Positions 38,077 to 54,264 of a stretch of 64,000 nt of DNA are shown in pieces. Below the pieces are notes generated by a model, which made no database searches, was not told the DNA's origin, and worked only from the letters and a program-made list of their open reading frames with translations. The number at the start of each line of letters is the position of its first letter. Position 1 is the first letter of the stretch. Made by a program: the position numbers and the translations under genes. Location of the stretch: positions 111,042,001-111,106,000 of the forward strand of contig OZ024742.1 of the NCBI GenBank assembly GCA_964016885.1, read 5' to 3'. Source of the stretch: Eledone cirrhosa (Eukaryota).

Positions 38077-39222
38077 CTACAACATAAGTCAAAAGGCCAA
38101 ACACACTGAGACGATGGTTAAACCATTATCCGCACAGCCATTGAAACGACCAAGTAATTCGGGTCCAACAAATAAAATATGATTCAAAAATGATACCCGG
38201 TCCTCTGGAAAGTTGGTGAAATATCCAGCATTTGGGTTTCTGCAATTCCTAAATCAAGTACTGTCCGCTTAGACAAATAATTGTTTCTACTTTTGGCACA
38301 AGGCCAGCAAAATCCACAGTGCATATACTGGTACTTTATTTTATCGACCCCGTAAGGATGAAAGGCAAAGTTAACCTCGGCGAGACAAATAATGTTAAGC
38401 TTTTGGTAAGATGATTGAACAAGATAGTCACTTTCTCAACATGCTTTTAGTTCAAGTGCCAAGCGAAAGGTTGACCGTTATCAAAATCCACGTGGGGCTC
38501 GACAAGAGGGGAAACCCTCAGTTTTGGCGGATGAATTCAGTATGTCTGTTATTATTGCAAAATTGCAAAATATCACAAAACGAATTAAGCTCTCAACAGA
38601 ATGGTTTTAAAATTAACAAAAGCTATTCACCAGTCAATAGAATTAACTAAAAAAAATCAAGAAAATTAACTGGTCAATAGCTAGACTCAGGAGATTAATA
38701 CACATATAAATTAGCGAGAATCGTATTTCGGCTATTGGAAATTAGCGAAAAACAACTTCCGAGATGTGTGGCAAGCGCTCCATAGAATCTAATGAACTAG
38801 AGCTACAACATAAGGTAAAAGGCCAAACACACTGAGACGATGGTTAAACCATTATCCGCACAGCCATAGAAACGACCAAGTAATTCGGGCCAAACAAACA
38901 AAATATGATTGAATCATTTTACCCGGACCCCTGGAAGGTTGGTGAAATATCCAGCATTTGGGTTTCTGCAACTCCTAAATCAAGTACTGTCCGCTTAGAC
39001 AAATAATGTTAAGCTTTTGGTAAGATGATTAAACAAGGTAGTCACTTTCTCAACAGGCTTTTAGTTCAAGTGCCAAGCGAAAGGCTGACCATTATCAAAA
39101 CCCACGTGGGGCTCGACAAGGGGGGGGGGGGCAACCCTCAGTTTTGGCGGATGAATTCAGTATGTGTCTTTTTATTGCAAAATTGCAAAATATCACAAAA
39201 CGAATTAAGCTCTCAACAGTGT
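38075..39222 (+). mobile_element. Non-coding ~615-bp unit in partial tandem (~1.7 units)
   Basis: 'agctacaacataag...ggccaaacacactgagacgatggttaaacc' at ~38075 and 38801; diverged inverted copy at 49740-50290. Confidence 0.75.
38282..38382 (-). mobile_element. 5'-truncated SINE with 11-bp target-site duplication
   Basis: agacaaataat at 38271-38281 and 38383-38393; the empty site is present in the neighbouring tandem unit at 38997-39007. Confidence 0.88.
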
Positions 39223-39310
<88 letters not shown>

Positions 39311-39371
39311 ATGTGTGAATATATATATACACTGTTGAGAGCTTAATTCGTATATATATATACATATACAC

Positions 39372-39441
<70 letters not shown>

Positions 39442-39442
39442 G

Positions 39443-41135
39443 ACCGAACCGAACCTTTAAGGGTAAAGATCCCGCACTTTACCCTGAAGGACCATAAGGG
39501 AAACTTCCTCAACAAACCATAGTCAGACTTATCAACCCCACTCGTTCAGACATCGGCTCTATCAGTAAGAAGATCCTAGATAGAGTTCTACCATTCTTGC
39601 GGGTTGCCTCACCACTCTGGAGCAGAACATCTGAGGCAATATCTTGGTTCCAAGAATTACCCGACAAACGCCACACTCGCTTCCTGCAACTCGACATAGA
39701 AAACTACTATGCTTCTATCTCGGAGCCCCTCCTGTAGGACGCAATTACCTTTGCCAGGAATTTTACCACCATAACCGATGCTGAGCAAGTTGTTATCCTC
39801 CACGCCCGTAAGACCTTTCTATACCCTGATGGATCTTACTGGATCAACAAGAAGTCTCTGACCCAATTTGACGTCAGCATGGGAGCGAGTGACTCGGCTG
39901 AAATTAGCGACCTTGTGGGCCTGAACATTTTACATCACCTGAAGAACCTCTTTACTGGCCTAACTGGAGGTTTATACCGAGACGACGGCCTCTTCGCCCT
40001 GCACAAGGTTAACCCCAGAACCACCGATGGGTTTCGGAGAAAATTAAGCTCGTTCTTCTGTAATCTAGGATTTAGTATAACTATAGAATCTAATATGACT
40101 AGGGCCAACTTCTTAAATGCCACTCTCGACCTAGATACTTCCCTCTATTACCCGTACCACAAACCTAACGAGTCCCTTACATATATTAATGTTAATTCTA
40201 ACCACCCACAAAACATCACTGATAACTTAGTAAAAAGCGTCTCTATCAGAATCTCTGGCCTCTTTGCCAATGAAGATATTTTAACACCTCTGCCTCCTAC
40301 TACAATGACGCCCTCGCCCGCAGCGGATTTAATTATTTATTTATTATTACCATTAGAAAATATTTCGTAAACATATATATTTTTTGATGTTAGATATTTT
40401 CTTCCTTAAACATTCTTTTCTTCTTTGCTTTCTGCGCTCATTTTTAAACAAACTATTTACGTACACATATTACGCACACATATTACATTACATAAAAACA
40501 AACTTAAACACTAATTCTTCTAAATTCATAAATCATTCATTCTCTATTTCTTTTCACATTATATCCTTAATAACATTAATATTTTAATTTTAATAATACA
40601 TATTAATAATTTCGTTTCCTCGCACATATTATAAAACCCTTCAATATACCAACCTTAATTTAATATTATTCTTAATCCCTTTTTCTCTTCATGCATAAAC
40701 ATCATTAACTTTTAATTTCAAATTCTTTTAAATTATCTATTATATTCCAACGGCTTTTTAACTTCTCTCTGTGAGACAATATATATTTTTTTCTCAGTTG
40801 TAAAAGCTATCTCTCTCTCTCTCTCTCACTATCACCCATTTCTCCTCCTCTCTCATCCTTCCTTCTTATACTCTCCCACCATTCTTTACTCTCATCTCCT
40901 CCTCTTCCTTACCTTTTCCAACCCTCCTTCACTTTTTCCCAATCTCATACATCAATCTTAAATTATTTTTCATATGTTGACTTAAAACTTCACTATTCAC
41001 AAGTGTTTTTTAAGCTTCATATCATGTATCCCTATTTTATCTGATGAAAACGCAGATATCATCCCATGATGATATTTGTTTTTGAAATGCGCATAATAAA
41101 ATACTTGGAACTCTTTTAACCATCTTTTGATCTTA
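39443..41135 (+). mobile_element. Decayed Hydra-clade-like PLE: RT fragment (39443-40330), internal deletion, 3' UTR and HHR pLTR end
   Basis: [62 protein letters not shown]; in-frame stop; 40973-41135 matches 17120-17280. Confidence 0.88.
41033..41102 (+). ncRNA. Type I hammerhead ribozyme (same family as 17178)
   Basis: tattttat-CTGATGA-aaacgcagatatcat...atgatatttgttttt-GAA-A-tgcgca-T-A-ataaaata. Confidence 0.85.
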
Positions 41136-43005
<1,870 letters not shown>

Positions 43006-43006
43006 T

Positions 43007-43492
43007 GAACGTGTCTGTCGACACCTGGAATATAGCTTAAGAGAAATTTGAAGATAATGATATGATAGGCACTCAATATTTTGAACTGGTTTATAGAATT
43101 CTCTTGGCCTTTGTCACTCTTTTAAAGAATTTCCCTTTTCTTTAAATCCATCAACCATGACCGATCCCCAACGATCTTATGGACACCTGAAATATAAGCA
43201 TTGTTAGCTTAACAGAAACTTAAATATAAGGAGTGGCACCCCAATTTGAACTTGTTTATAGAATTCTTTCTGCCTTTGTCACTCTAAATATAAATTATAG
43301 CCTTAAAGAATTAGCTTTTAATGAATTCCCTTTTCTTTCAACCAATGACATCTACCCATTCCACTCCCCACCCTCTCCTACCACCTGAAAAGGGCTATAA
43401 ATAAAACATTTATTTTTGGAAAGCCAGATTCCTGATGATTTCTAAAGAATGAAACAGTTCTAGTCCTGTAGAATCTCATCTATATTAAAACT
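43007..43492 (+). mobile_element. pLTR-like repeat with HHR; inverted partner of 37283-37815
   Basis: Reverse-complement match to 37283-37815. Confidence 0.85.
43426..43476 (+). ncRNA. Type I hammerhead ribozyme
   Basis: agattc-CTGATGA-tttc(taaa)gaat-GAA-ACAG-ttctagtc-CTGT-A-gaatct; 6-bp stem I, 4-bp stem III, GUA cleavage triplet. Confidence 0.88.
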
Positions 43493-43642
43493 TTTATATT
43501 CTGCTCTGGTTATATACTTACTATGGTTACCTCCGATTCAACCCGGAATAACGTATATATATATATAATACGCATACTCTCACACACACATACTTACGCA
43601 CACGCACACACATACTTACGCACACGCACACACACACATACA

Positions 43643-43732
<90 letters not shown>

Positions 43733-44510
43733 CCCAATATTCTCGTGATACATATCTTCAGCAATAGATAGACAACACCATTTTTCTCTAGTCACCATTT
43801 CCTATATTATATATTACTACATGAATAATATATATTTACTATTTGCTATGCTGCGAATATCATTTACCATTTTTAATATGATTGTTCTTATCACTGTCGG
43901 ATTTGGTTGACTGTGCTCATACAATGATTTCCTGTATAATACCACACAGGCTGATGACATGTCTAGAATGAAATCTCTGACATAAAATAATTATTAAATG
44001 TGCGCTGGATGAAATCTTCTATTGAAAATGGATATTAAGAATTGATGTCCGAATTATTTATAACATTTATTTGTATTTATATTAATGTTTTACATACATA
44101 ATATTGAGAAGGTTTGTCATATTCATAATGTATGTCCGACAAAACAAGATGTAAGAACAATACTTTTAAAACTGAACTTTCAAAGCATTTTTTTTTTCAT
44201 AGAGAATTATGCGTTGGAACATAGTATAAACATTATTTAGAGAATAGATTTCGCGTTACTCCTTTGTATTCAACTATGCTTAAATATAGATAGTAGAAAC
44301 GTGCTACACATTATTTGCATTGTTTAAATTTTATATATCTTGCAAAATTTCTTTCAGCCATTTCTATGCACATTTGCATGAAGATATGAATAACAAACAT
44401 AACTTGCAATTATGTAGGATTTGTTGGCTGTGAAAAAGTCGGTTGCAAATGGCTCAGAACATCATTGTGTTTCTCTACGTAATCAATTTAATGATACATT
44501 ATTAGATATA

Positions 44511-44823
44511 CTAGCAGAAAAACCACACTCGGGTGGTTTTCTGCTCGCATGTGTAGTGTGCATATTGATATTATACTTATACACAGAAATTGAACGAAGT
44601 CTGCGCTACACTTTCTTATGTAATCAGTAACGTAATTCATGGTGCATTAAAAAAACACGATATTATATATAAACTGCATTAGGAGAAAATTAGTGACGGA
44701 AATATATAAATGTTTATCTAGGCGATCGCTAACCGGAAGTGTTGACATTTGAACATTTTAAATAAGTGAATCTTTAAATAAACACTAAAATATATTTAAT
44801 CAACAGCTACGAAATTTAGTAGA
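44511..44823 (-). mobile_element. Short non-autonomous Helitron-like element
   Basis: Minus strand ends gcagaaaaccac-ccgagt-gtggtttttctg-CTAG|T; putative 5' A|TCTACT at 44823. Confidence 0.5.
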
Positions 44824-44861
44824 TACATTATATAATATTCATTCATTATTTATTCAAAATA

Positions 44862-45025
44862 GGCGCGGATTGGCAGTATCGGTAGAGGGTCGGACGCCAT
44901 GCTTTCCAGCATAGTTACGTCCCTTTACGATCTGAGTTCAAATCCCGCCAAGGGATCGATAAAATAAAGTACCAGTAATGCAGTGGGTAATTGCTGGCCT
45001 TGTGCCTAAAGTAGAAACAATTATT
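44862..45025 (+). mobile_element. tRNA-derived SINE (internally deleted copy)
   Basis: ggcgcggattggcagtatcggtagag...gagttcaaatcccgcc...tcgataaaataaagtaccagt...gtagaaacaattatt. Confidence 0.85.
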
Positions 45026-45513
45026 TATTCAAAGTAATCCAACTTATTTTACTAATGGGCTAAACAATTATAAACCGTACGCAGTCCCGCACTCCATACT
45101 TTATCATAGTTTAGATGTGTTGTATCACCTGAGACGGGGCCGTTTATGCTGGTTGATTAAATACAGTACACGAATCTGTTAACAAATATAATAATCATTT
45201 GAAGAAAAACCAGTGTGGGAGAATCTTAGTGCTCACCTATTTTCTTGGAAAACATATTTGTGACGTATTCCTAAATAAACGTTGCGCTTACTATGAAATC
45301 TTCTGTCTGTAGAACAGGGGTTACAGGGTTGCATTATACATATTGACTTGAATGTTAGAAATTCAGCTGTTCGCTAACATAAAGGATAATTAGAAAAATA
45401 CATGAATTATCGGCAGAGATTTAATGAAATATGCATACGATATATATATACATATATAAATATATTTCTTGAGTTGTTCTTTCGTTAAAAATCATGCAGG
45501 AATCTTGAAGATC

Positions 45514-45648
<135 letters not shown>

Positions 45649-45739
45649 ATGGTATTTCAGGCAAGACCATTAAAAACGAACTGAAAAGACTGTTGAACCA
45701 TCACACGTCGAAATCCGGCGGTAGAGTACATCATCTCTC

Positions 45740-47500
45740 TCTCTGGATGTTGCAACATCATCATCAGCAAATCAGCTAACAGTAAATCCCGAATAAGACT
45801 TGTTCGTGTATTTTAGCCTAAAAATTCTGATTGTTCAATAACGCAGCTGATGTACAGAAATCAAACCTGACACCAGTGTCTCAGTCACCAAATGTATACT
45901 AGAGCATTACAGAGAAAAGCAAAGCCAACAGAAGATATGATACAAAGCAAAGCCAACAGAAGATATGATACAACCCTGCTTCGTACCCTTTGTTACACCT
46001 AGATGCTGAGAACATTCGCCATTTGATATAATTGATGTTTTCATGCCTTTATGAAAAGACACGAACTTCAGCATATTGTCAGATATGTCATATTTTTGAA
46101 CATTTTCCAGAGAGCGTTGCAATTGACAGTATCAAAGGTTTTCATCAAATCGACAAAAAAACATAAAGAGTTTCTGGTTCTTTTCACGAACATTCTCTAT
46201 AACCTGTCGACGTGAGAAGTCCATGTCAATAGTAACCCGACTTGTACGAAAATCTCATTGGTTTACAGGATAGATAATATTACTATGTCGGGATGTAATT
46301 CCGTTGAGAATACAGAGAAGGGAGATATTGCGAGAATTGTCACAAATAATTTCTTTTTTACCTTTATTTTTAAAGAGATGGATTGTTGATGCATCCGTTA
46401 AAACTTGAGGGAAATGTTCAACTTTCCAGATTTCAGGAAATAGCCGAAGAAGCTTACGAACCAGTTTTTGACCACCAAAAGATTTACATTTACTTAATAG
46501 CGACGTACTTCAACCTTGAGCTGAATCATAATTCTGGTGTCCTTCGTGGAATAGATGATATTACATCTTCAAGTACTATTGACTCAGCATTTAGGACCCT
46601 TTGAAGTGTTCCTTCCCTTGAGAGAGTATCTCAGATTTGTCTTTGTAAACAGTTGTACCATCAACGGATAGAACTGGATTTAATCTGCTCTTCCTCGAAC
46701 CTTACATCGCCTTCAGACCTTTATAAAAGCCTTTGCATCATGCTTATCAGCAACATCTTGATGTACAGCTGCTTTAGTTGCCCACCAAGCATCCTTCATC
46801 TTTCTAAGTGAGGATTGTACCTGTTGCTTACAATATTCATACGCATTCTTTTTTGTTGTTGAATTTCTTTCTCCAATCCAAAGATTTTGTAGGTTATGAA
46901 TCTCGCTGATAATGTTCTAGACATCTGAGTTGTTTTTATTAAACCAGTTCTAGTGTTTTCTCATAGAAAGCCCCACGATTTCTACAAGGCCTGCATTGGA
47001 GCATCTTTGAGCGCTTTCCAGGAACCCTCAGTATTATCTGAAATATAGACAGAGTTGAGAGATAAGCCGGGTTTTGCAGAAAATTCCAGCCTCCTACCAG
47101 TGGATATCAAAACAACCACACCAACCTTGGGTGAGATAGATGGCTTTTGAAGACAATTGTTTTGGGGAAGATTGAATTAAACCTTACTGCGCAGCATGCA
47201 CGATACGAGAGATAGCAAGGAGAGTGAAAAGATCGATTGATTTTGAAATATTTTAGCACACACCTGTGTGTAATGACATAGCCAATCATGAGACAATCCT
47301 CAGATCTAAGATACATCAATGTTGTTTTATGGTTTGCAGGTTGTTAAAAAAGCTATTAGTGATGCTACGATCAAAGTCCATTTAAAACTTCATAGCTCCA
47401 ACTTCATTAAACGCAAGGATGCCATGTCATGTTTGATAGTCTTTACCAAGTCTAGCGTTTAAATTTCCAATTTTGATGAGCTTGTTTTTTGTATGGAACA
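45740..47500 (-). mobile_element. Decayed RTE-clade LINE (AP endonuclease to RT)
   Basis: IGNLNARLGKD, ITNSF, IGYVIT (APE); FVDLMKTFDTVN, GTKQGCIIS and a FADD-like region at ~45760; heavily disrupted. Confidence 0.8.
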
Positions 47501-47749
47501 GTGGAGACCACTGTATGAAGTTGGTCAGTGAATGTTTCAATATCCTGCTTAGATGACTAGAGAGTTGTATATAATGGTGAAGACATATCTTGGGCCAGCC
47601 ACATTTTTGGGAAATGTTGATAAGAACGGATTGCTACGAATGTATGCCACGAACACAGTGAATAACACAGATAAAGTATAAGATGACCGGTGATTCCCAA
47701 GAGACATTTCATGCATACATACATACATATATATAAATACATGCATACA

Positions 47750-48684
47750 TGGTGGCTGCCAACTCGTTTTCGAGTACGGCCACTACTTTATATCCATGTA
47801 GGAGAACCCCTACCGATGCGCTGAACGAGTGTGACTTTTTAGTCCAGCTAGTGACTTGAAAACTCTGGTACAAACACTACACTTGTGACAATTATTGACA
47901 CATAGTGCTGGGCCTATGGTACCATGTAACGACAAGTGCATAGAGATCTCTAGATATAAAGCAATGCCTGTGCCGTGAAGCTTTTATAGTGAGCAAAGGC
48001 ACTGCACAAAGCCAGTCCCACTCTCTTAACCAAGATGATATTTACCAAAAAGAAGAACATGCATACATACACATATGGTGGCTGCCAACTCGTTTTCGAG
48101 TACGGCCACTACTTTATATCCATGTAGGAGAACCCCTACCGAAGCGCTGAACGAGTGTGACTTTTTAGTTCAGCCTGCGACTTGAAAACTCTGGTACAAA
48201 CACTACACTTGTGACAATTATTGACACATAGTGCTGGGCCCATGGAACCATGTGATGACAAGGGCAGAGAGATCTCCAGATATAAAGCAATGCCTGTGCC
48301 ATGAAGCTTTTATAGTGAGCAAAGGCATTGCACAAAGCCAGTCCCACTCTCTTAACCAAGATGATATTTACCACAAAGAAGAACAAGTCAACATCATTGG
48401 ATACCATCAGAGTTGCAGGTGTTATATCTGAGTTTTCCTTCTCCTAGAATTCTGCCTTGACAAAGGCTAAGGGGTCATCTCTCCCGGTGATTTTGGATGG
48501 CCATTGACTCTTAAGAGGTCCTTTGCCCTTTGATATGTTATGTTTTTAGTCCTGCAGGATGTCCAAAGTCACCCTCCTCACCAAGAAACCTTGGTGGGGT
48601 TGCCAGTTTAGTCGCCAACGACCCGACCATGAGACAGGTTGTACTGGGATACATGTTACCAGTAGCACCAACTGGTGACCTGAC
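47750..48684 (-). mobile_element. Bipartite RTE derivative: full copy 48075-48684 plus tandem 3' half 47750-48058
   Basis: Reverse complement of 41512-42118; each copy ends in a (TATG)n-like tail. Confidence 0.8.
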
Positions 48685-48777
48685 ATACGTACATACATAC
48701 ATAAATATATACATGCATGAATATATACATACATACATACATGCACACGCACACAAACACACACACACACACACACA

Positions 48778-48818
<41 letters not shown>

Positions 48819-49039
48819 CTACACAAGCACACACTCTCTCACACACACACACACACACACACATACACCCATATGACTTGTTAATTGGTACCGGAGAGGT
48901 AAAATATTATGGTTACCTGGTGGACTTGGGATCATGACTACATAGTGAGGGCCCTGTTTTTAGTGATTACAATCACTGATTCAGGTAACAATATATACGT
49001 ATATATATATATATATATATATATAGCGGCGATGAATTA

Positions 49040-49316
<277 letters not shown>

Positions 49317-49739
49317 TCATAGTAAAAGACTAACTGAATATACAATACGTACATTCGCATATATATATCGCTATTTCAGAGCACCAATGCAAATTTCTAA
49401 TTGGTGCTCGGTCGGCAACCGCTCTGTATGCAAATGAGCATCAACAGCTCATAAACATAATTGGAATTCTATAAGAATCCGGCTTCGACAGCTTCAGCAA
49501 AGGCGGAGGGATATGTAGTGAGAAACGGTGGAGGTGGATTACTTCCCCCTATTCTTGCTGAAGCTAGGTATGTGACGTTAGTCACTACCTTAAAATCCAT
49601 AACCAAAGGCCTTCAAAATGTTTGAAAATAAACATACAGTATATTATTAAATATACAATACGAACTTTCATATATATATATATCGTTATTTCAGAGCACT
49701 AATACAAGTATGCTTTTTTGGCTTAGGTGGTTAAAGGCT

Positions 49740-50290
49740 TCTTAACCATCGTCTCAGTTTTGTATGGCCTTTTTAACTCATGTTTATTGCTCTAGTATCT
49801 TCATAGCCATTGAGCGCTTGGCAACACAAATCGGAAGTTGCGTTTCGCTAATTTCTACTCGCCGAAATGCGATTCTCTATATTTGTATTAATCTCCGAAG
49901 TCTAGCAATTAACCAGTTAATTTTTTTGATTTTTTTAGTTAATTCTATTGACTGATTAATCGCTTAAGTTTATTTTAAAAACTACCCGGTCGAGAGCTTA
50001 ATTCGTTTTGTGCTATTTTTGCAAATGTTTCCAATGACAACACATACTGGATTCATTTGCCAAAACTAGGGGTTTTCTCCTCTTTGGAGTTCACATGTGC
50101 TTTCAAAACAATGTGAGATCATCGCGCAGAACAGAATGCTTGTTGAGAAAGTGATATACTTGTTCGATCATTATACCAAAAGCTTATCATTTTTTTAAGC
50201 AGACAGTATTATTGATTTAGGTGTCGCAGAAACCCTATATCGGACTTTACCATCATTTCCGAAGGTCCGGGTACATATTTCAATCGTATC
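49740..50290 (-). mobile_element. Diverged copy of the 38075-39222 non-coding unit, with a different start point
   Basis: Shares aaccatcgtctcag, gagagcttaattcgttttg, ccaaaagctta and ccgggt blocks in reverse complement. Confidence 0.65.
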
Positions 50291-50314
50291 TTATTTTATA
50301 TCGCTAAATTTATA

Positions 50315-50397
<83 letters not shown>

Positions 50398-50407
50398 ATA
50401 TAATATA

Positions 50408-50475
<68 letters not shown>

Positions 50476-50518
50476 GAGAGTAAAACAAAGAATCCTTTAA
50501 TACATCAAAACTTTTTAT

Positions 50519-50560
50519 TAGCCGACAATGTTTCGTCCTATTAAGGACTCATCAGGGCAA
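50519..50560 (-). ncRNA. Canonical-core type I hammerhead ribozyme
   Basis: Minus strand: gcc-CTGATGA-gtcct(taat)aggac-GAA-AC-att-GT-C-ggc, followed by taataaaa. Confidence 0.9.
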
Positions 50561-52859
50561 TCAAAACAACAAGAGGTAATTTCGGCAGATACAAGCCAGA
50601 AACTCTGAAGAATATGGAGTTTACATACACTAATGTCTTACAAAGATATACGATAATAAAAATGAAGATAAAAATAATAAAATTATAATAACTAAGGATG
50701 TAGATAACATTAAGAACCATATTACAAATACAGTCCAAAGTCACCAACTTAAATCTAAACAAATTTGGTTATATAGAGCAGGAATTATATATAACACAGT
50801 ATAATACATTATAATAATAATATATCTATACCAACATTAAAATTCCAAATGAAAAATCAAAAGGTACAATATATACATGTATATATGTGCGCACACACAC
50901 ACACCCACACACACACATATTACAATACACATATCTATTTTCTATTACACAGAAATTAAGCCCTATTGGAAGTTTGAACATCAAAAATATCAAAAATAAG
51001 CATGGTAATAGTGAAAATAATGCTAATACATCTACCCAATATACATGAGGCAATAATATGATATAATTACAAGAAACACTTATAACAAATAATAAACAAC
51101 AAAATTATATAATACAATACAATATAATAAAGTAGAATATATAATCCCCAGTTAATTTACAGAAACATTATAGATGTCACAGTGAAATACAATGATAAAA
51201 TGTTAACATTATATTAACAATTACCATAAACAATATGTACAACATGATTCATACTGGGTTACATAATAAATGAGGAAATATCAATCATATAATATAATAC
51301 AATAATACTCAAAAAAACTATATTGGTACAGGGAACAATTATGATGTTACAGAAAAAATATGTTGTTACAGAAAAAATATACAGACATCTAACATGATAT
51401 GTAAAGTCTAAATACCATAATGTTACATTTTACAATATTAAAATATTAAAAAATAAAAATAATAAAAAAATCCACACATCTTATATGATATATAAAGTTA
51501 TATATAATAAACGGTAAGTAATAAGGATCTATATCATAATGTAATATATTTTAAAAATTGGCATAAAATATATAAATAAATACTTATAATTTCAAGGTTA
51601 GTAGACAGACATGTGTGGATGAGTGAACGAAGCCAGACAGTGAATAGTAAATAGAATATAGGATAAAACAAATAAATACAATCAACCGGAAATTACAAAA
51701 CAAAGCAAATGTATACACACTTAGGCCTCGCGTGCATTAAGAAATTTGGTAAACACCAAGGAAAGCGATCATTTTAAATGACTCCAAACCCTATCTGATA
51801 AATTAATATTAAAAATATCAAACCCATCCAATAAGGTAGTATAAAATTAGCTATAGTCTAAGTCATTAAAGTATATAAACTTTAATGTATCGTTACAAAT
51901 GTTTACAAAAAGGAATAAAATTACACTATCATATACGCAACGATATCTAAAAAACTGACTTAAGTAGAGTTAAGGTAGGCTAATGGGGACAGAATTGACA
52001 AAATATATGGAGGGTGCGAAGTGGCATAAAATATATTCGATATACTATAATAAATAATAGAACAGAGCATAAAAGAGGGGGGGGGTTAATATAATCATAT
52101 TCAATCTAGAGGGGTTGACAATAAGTTTATGCGTGCATGGGGGGGGGGAAGAAGGGGGGAGGGGTTCGATAGATAAATCAGAATAGACTTAGAAATAAAA
52201 ATAAAAATAGAATTAAAAATAAAAATAAAAATAAAAATAATGTTAAAATTAAAAATTAAAGTTAATGATAATAAAAGAATATATAAAGATAATAACGTGT
52301 GTAATCTTATGTATACTAACAAGGTGTAATAGTGAAGACATAGATATGGTACAGTGGCCAAATGATTATGAGAGCTAGAATGAAGAGTCATCAAAAACCA
52401 ATGACAACATTAGTGTTGGCAAACAAAAGAACCCAAACAAAAAACTAAGTAATGGAATATATCTGCTAATGGGTACGATTTGTACTACTAGAACATTTGG
52501 GTTTATAATAAAAGTAAGAATTAGAAATTGCATGGGGGCAAGAAGAGAATATCTCAGACTTTCTATTCAGTAAGGGTACGCTAGAGAAAATAATCGAGTG
52601 TGTCTCAAGTATACAGAGATTACAAAACTTACTATGTGCAGAAAGGTGGTTAGATCGTGCTACTAAACTCCAGTTAAGGCTATATGGTATATAAGCTCCC
52701 TTAAGATCCCAGATATAATGCGCTAGAGAGGTAGAATTCTTAAACCTAACATGTTTGAAGTTAGAGATATGAGAGTTAAACCTAGTCTTAAAAGTGTTTG
52801 AAGTAGATCCTATATATGTTCCTTTAGGAATTAGCCTAATGAAATTCTTTCTTATGTTA

Positions 52860-54264
52860 GCCCCAATTCTAACCACCCTAAGTCTATGATAAACTCTATA
52901 ATTAAGGGCGTTTCTAATAGGATTTCCACACTATCTAAGGACATAGGAACTTTTAATGAACATGCGGAGTACTACAATAACGCCCTAGCAAATTCAGGTC
53001 ACTCTAGTAAAATAAATTATAATAATAGTAACTTTAGAAAGTCTCCGCTTACTCTTAATAATAATAACATTATATCACATAACATGGCTATGAATGTGAG
53101 TAGCAAACTTAGTAACCGTAGAACTTATATAGGAGTATCTGAACCCACCCATAAGTTATCCCACCGGACTCGTAATAACAAATATAATACCTCTAAGAGA
53201 CAAGTCGAGCCCCCTGTGCGCTCACGCATTGGTGTTGGTTTGGCTGGATCTTGTTCTAGTAATGTTGCTCCTACTGATCCTATCATTGGCCTTAATCCTC
53301 TTGTAGGGATTCTGGACAACAGCGGATCTACTAGAGGTAGAAACTATAATAGGCATAATAAAATTATGGCTGATTCTATGAATGCAGCTTCAACTATTCC
53401 CGATAGTAACCCTAGTCTCGACGGTGGGACTTTTGATAGAGGTAGGGTCGATAAGAATAAAAATAAAAATAGAAGGCGATTGAATACTTATTTCAACCCG
53501 CCATATAACCAGGATGTATCAACTAATATCCCTAGGTCTTTCTTCACTATCCTGGAGAAAAATTTCCCCCCTTCTCACCAATACCATGGTATTTTTAATA
53601 AAAATGTTATTAAACTCTCATTCTCTACCACCCCTAATATTAGTTCTCATTAGCTAGCACTAATAATAGGAAAATTAGGGATGGATTCTCCTCTCTACAT
53701 ACTAATAGTCTGAATGCATCGGACAATGCTTTACCACCAGAACAGTCCTTATCTAATAGAGGTCCTACGTGCAATACATCACCACTTGAGCCAACCAATA
53801 ACACCCGGAAGTGCAATTGTAGAGTGAGTGCTAACTGCCCTCTAAACAGTAACTGCCTTTCTAAGAACATTGTCTATGCTTGCGAGGTTATAACTAATTC
53901 CTCTAAAGGAACATATATAGGATCTACTTCAAACACTTTTAAGACTAGGTTTAACTCTCATATCTCTAACTTCAAACATGTTAGGTTTAAGAATTCTACC
54001 TCTCTAGCGCATTATATCTGGGATCTTAAGGGAGCTTATATACCATATAGCCTTAACTGGAGTTTAGTAGCACGATCTAACCACCTTTCTGCACATAGTA
54101 AGTTTTGTAATCTCTGTATACTTGAGACACACTCGATTATTTTCTCTAGCGTACCCTTACTGAATAGAAAGTCTGAGATATTCTCTTCTTGCCCCCATGC
54201 AATTTCTAATTCTTACTTTTATTATAAACCCAAATGTTCTAGTAGTACAAATCGTACCCATTAG
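52860..54264 (+). pseudogene. PLE RT thumb, long linker and GIY-YIG endonuclease (frameshift at ~53650)
   Basis: ORFs 52886-53653 and 53824-54264: NIVYACEV...YIGSTSNTFKTRFNSH...STSLAHYIWDLK...CNLCILET...LNRKSEIFSSCPH. Confidence 0.9.

Noticed and set aside
49490-49600. Hairpin agcttcagcaa/ttgctgaagct and adjacent stem aggta-gtgac/gtcac-tacct
   Set aside because: Could be a decayed ribozyme or inversion, but both core halves deviate; not supportable.
52466-52876. Apparent separate GIY-YIG gene on the minus strand
   Set aside because: It is the inverted duplicate of 53903-54264 with a chance N-terminus from the junction.
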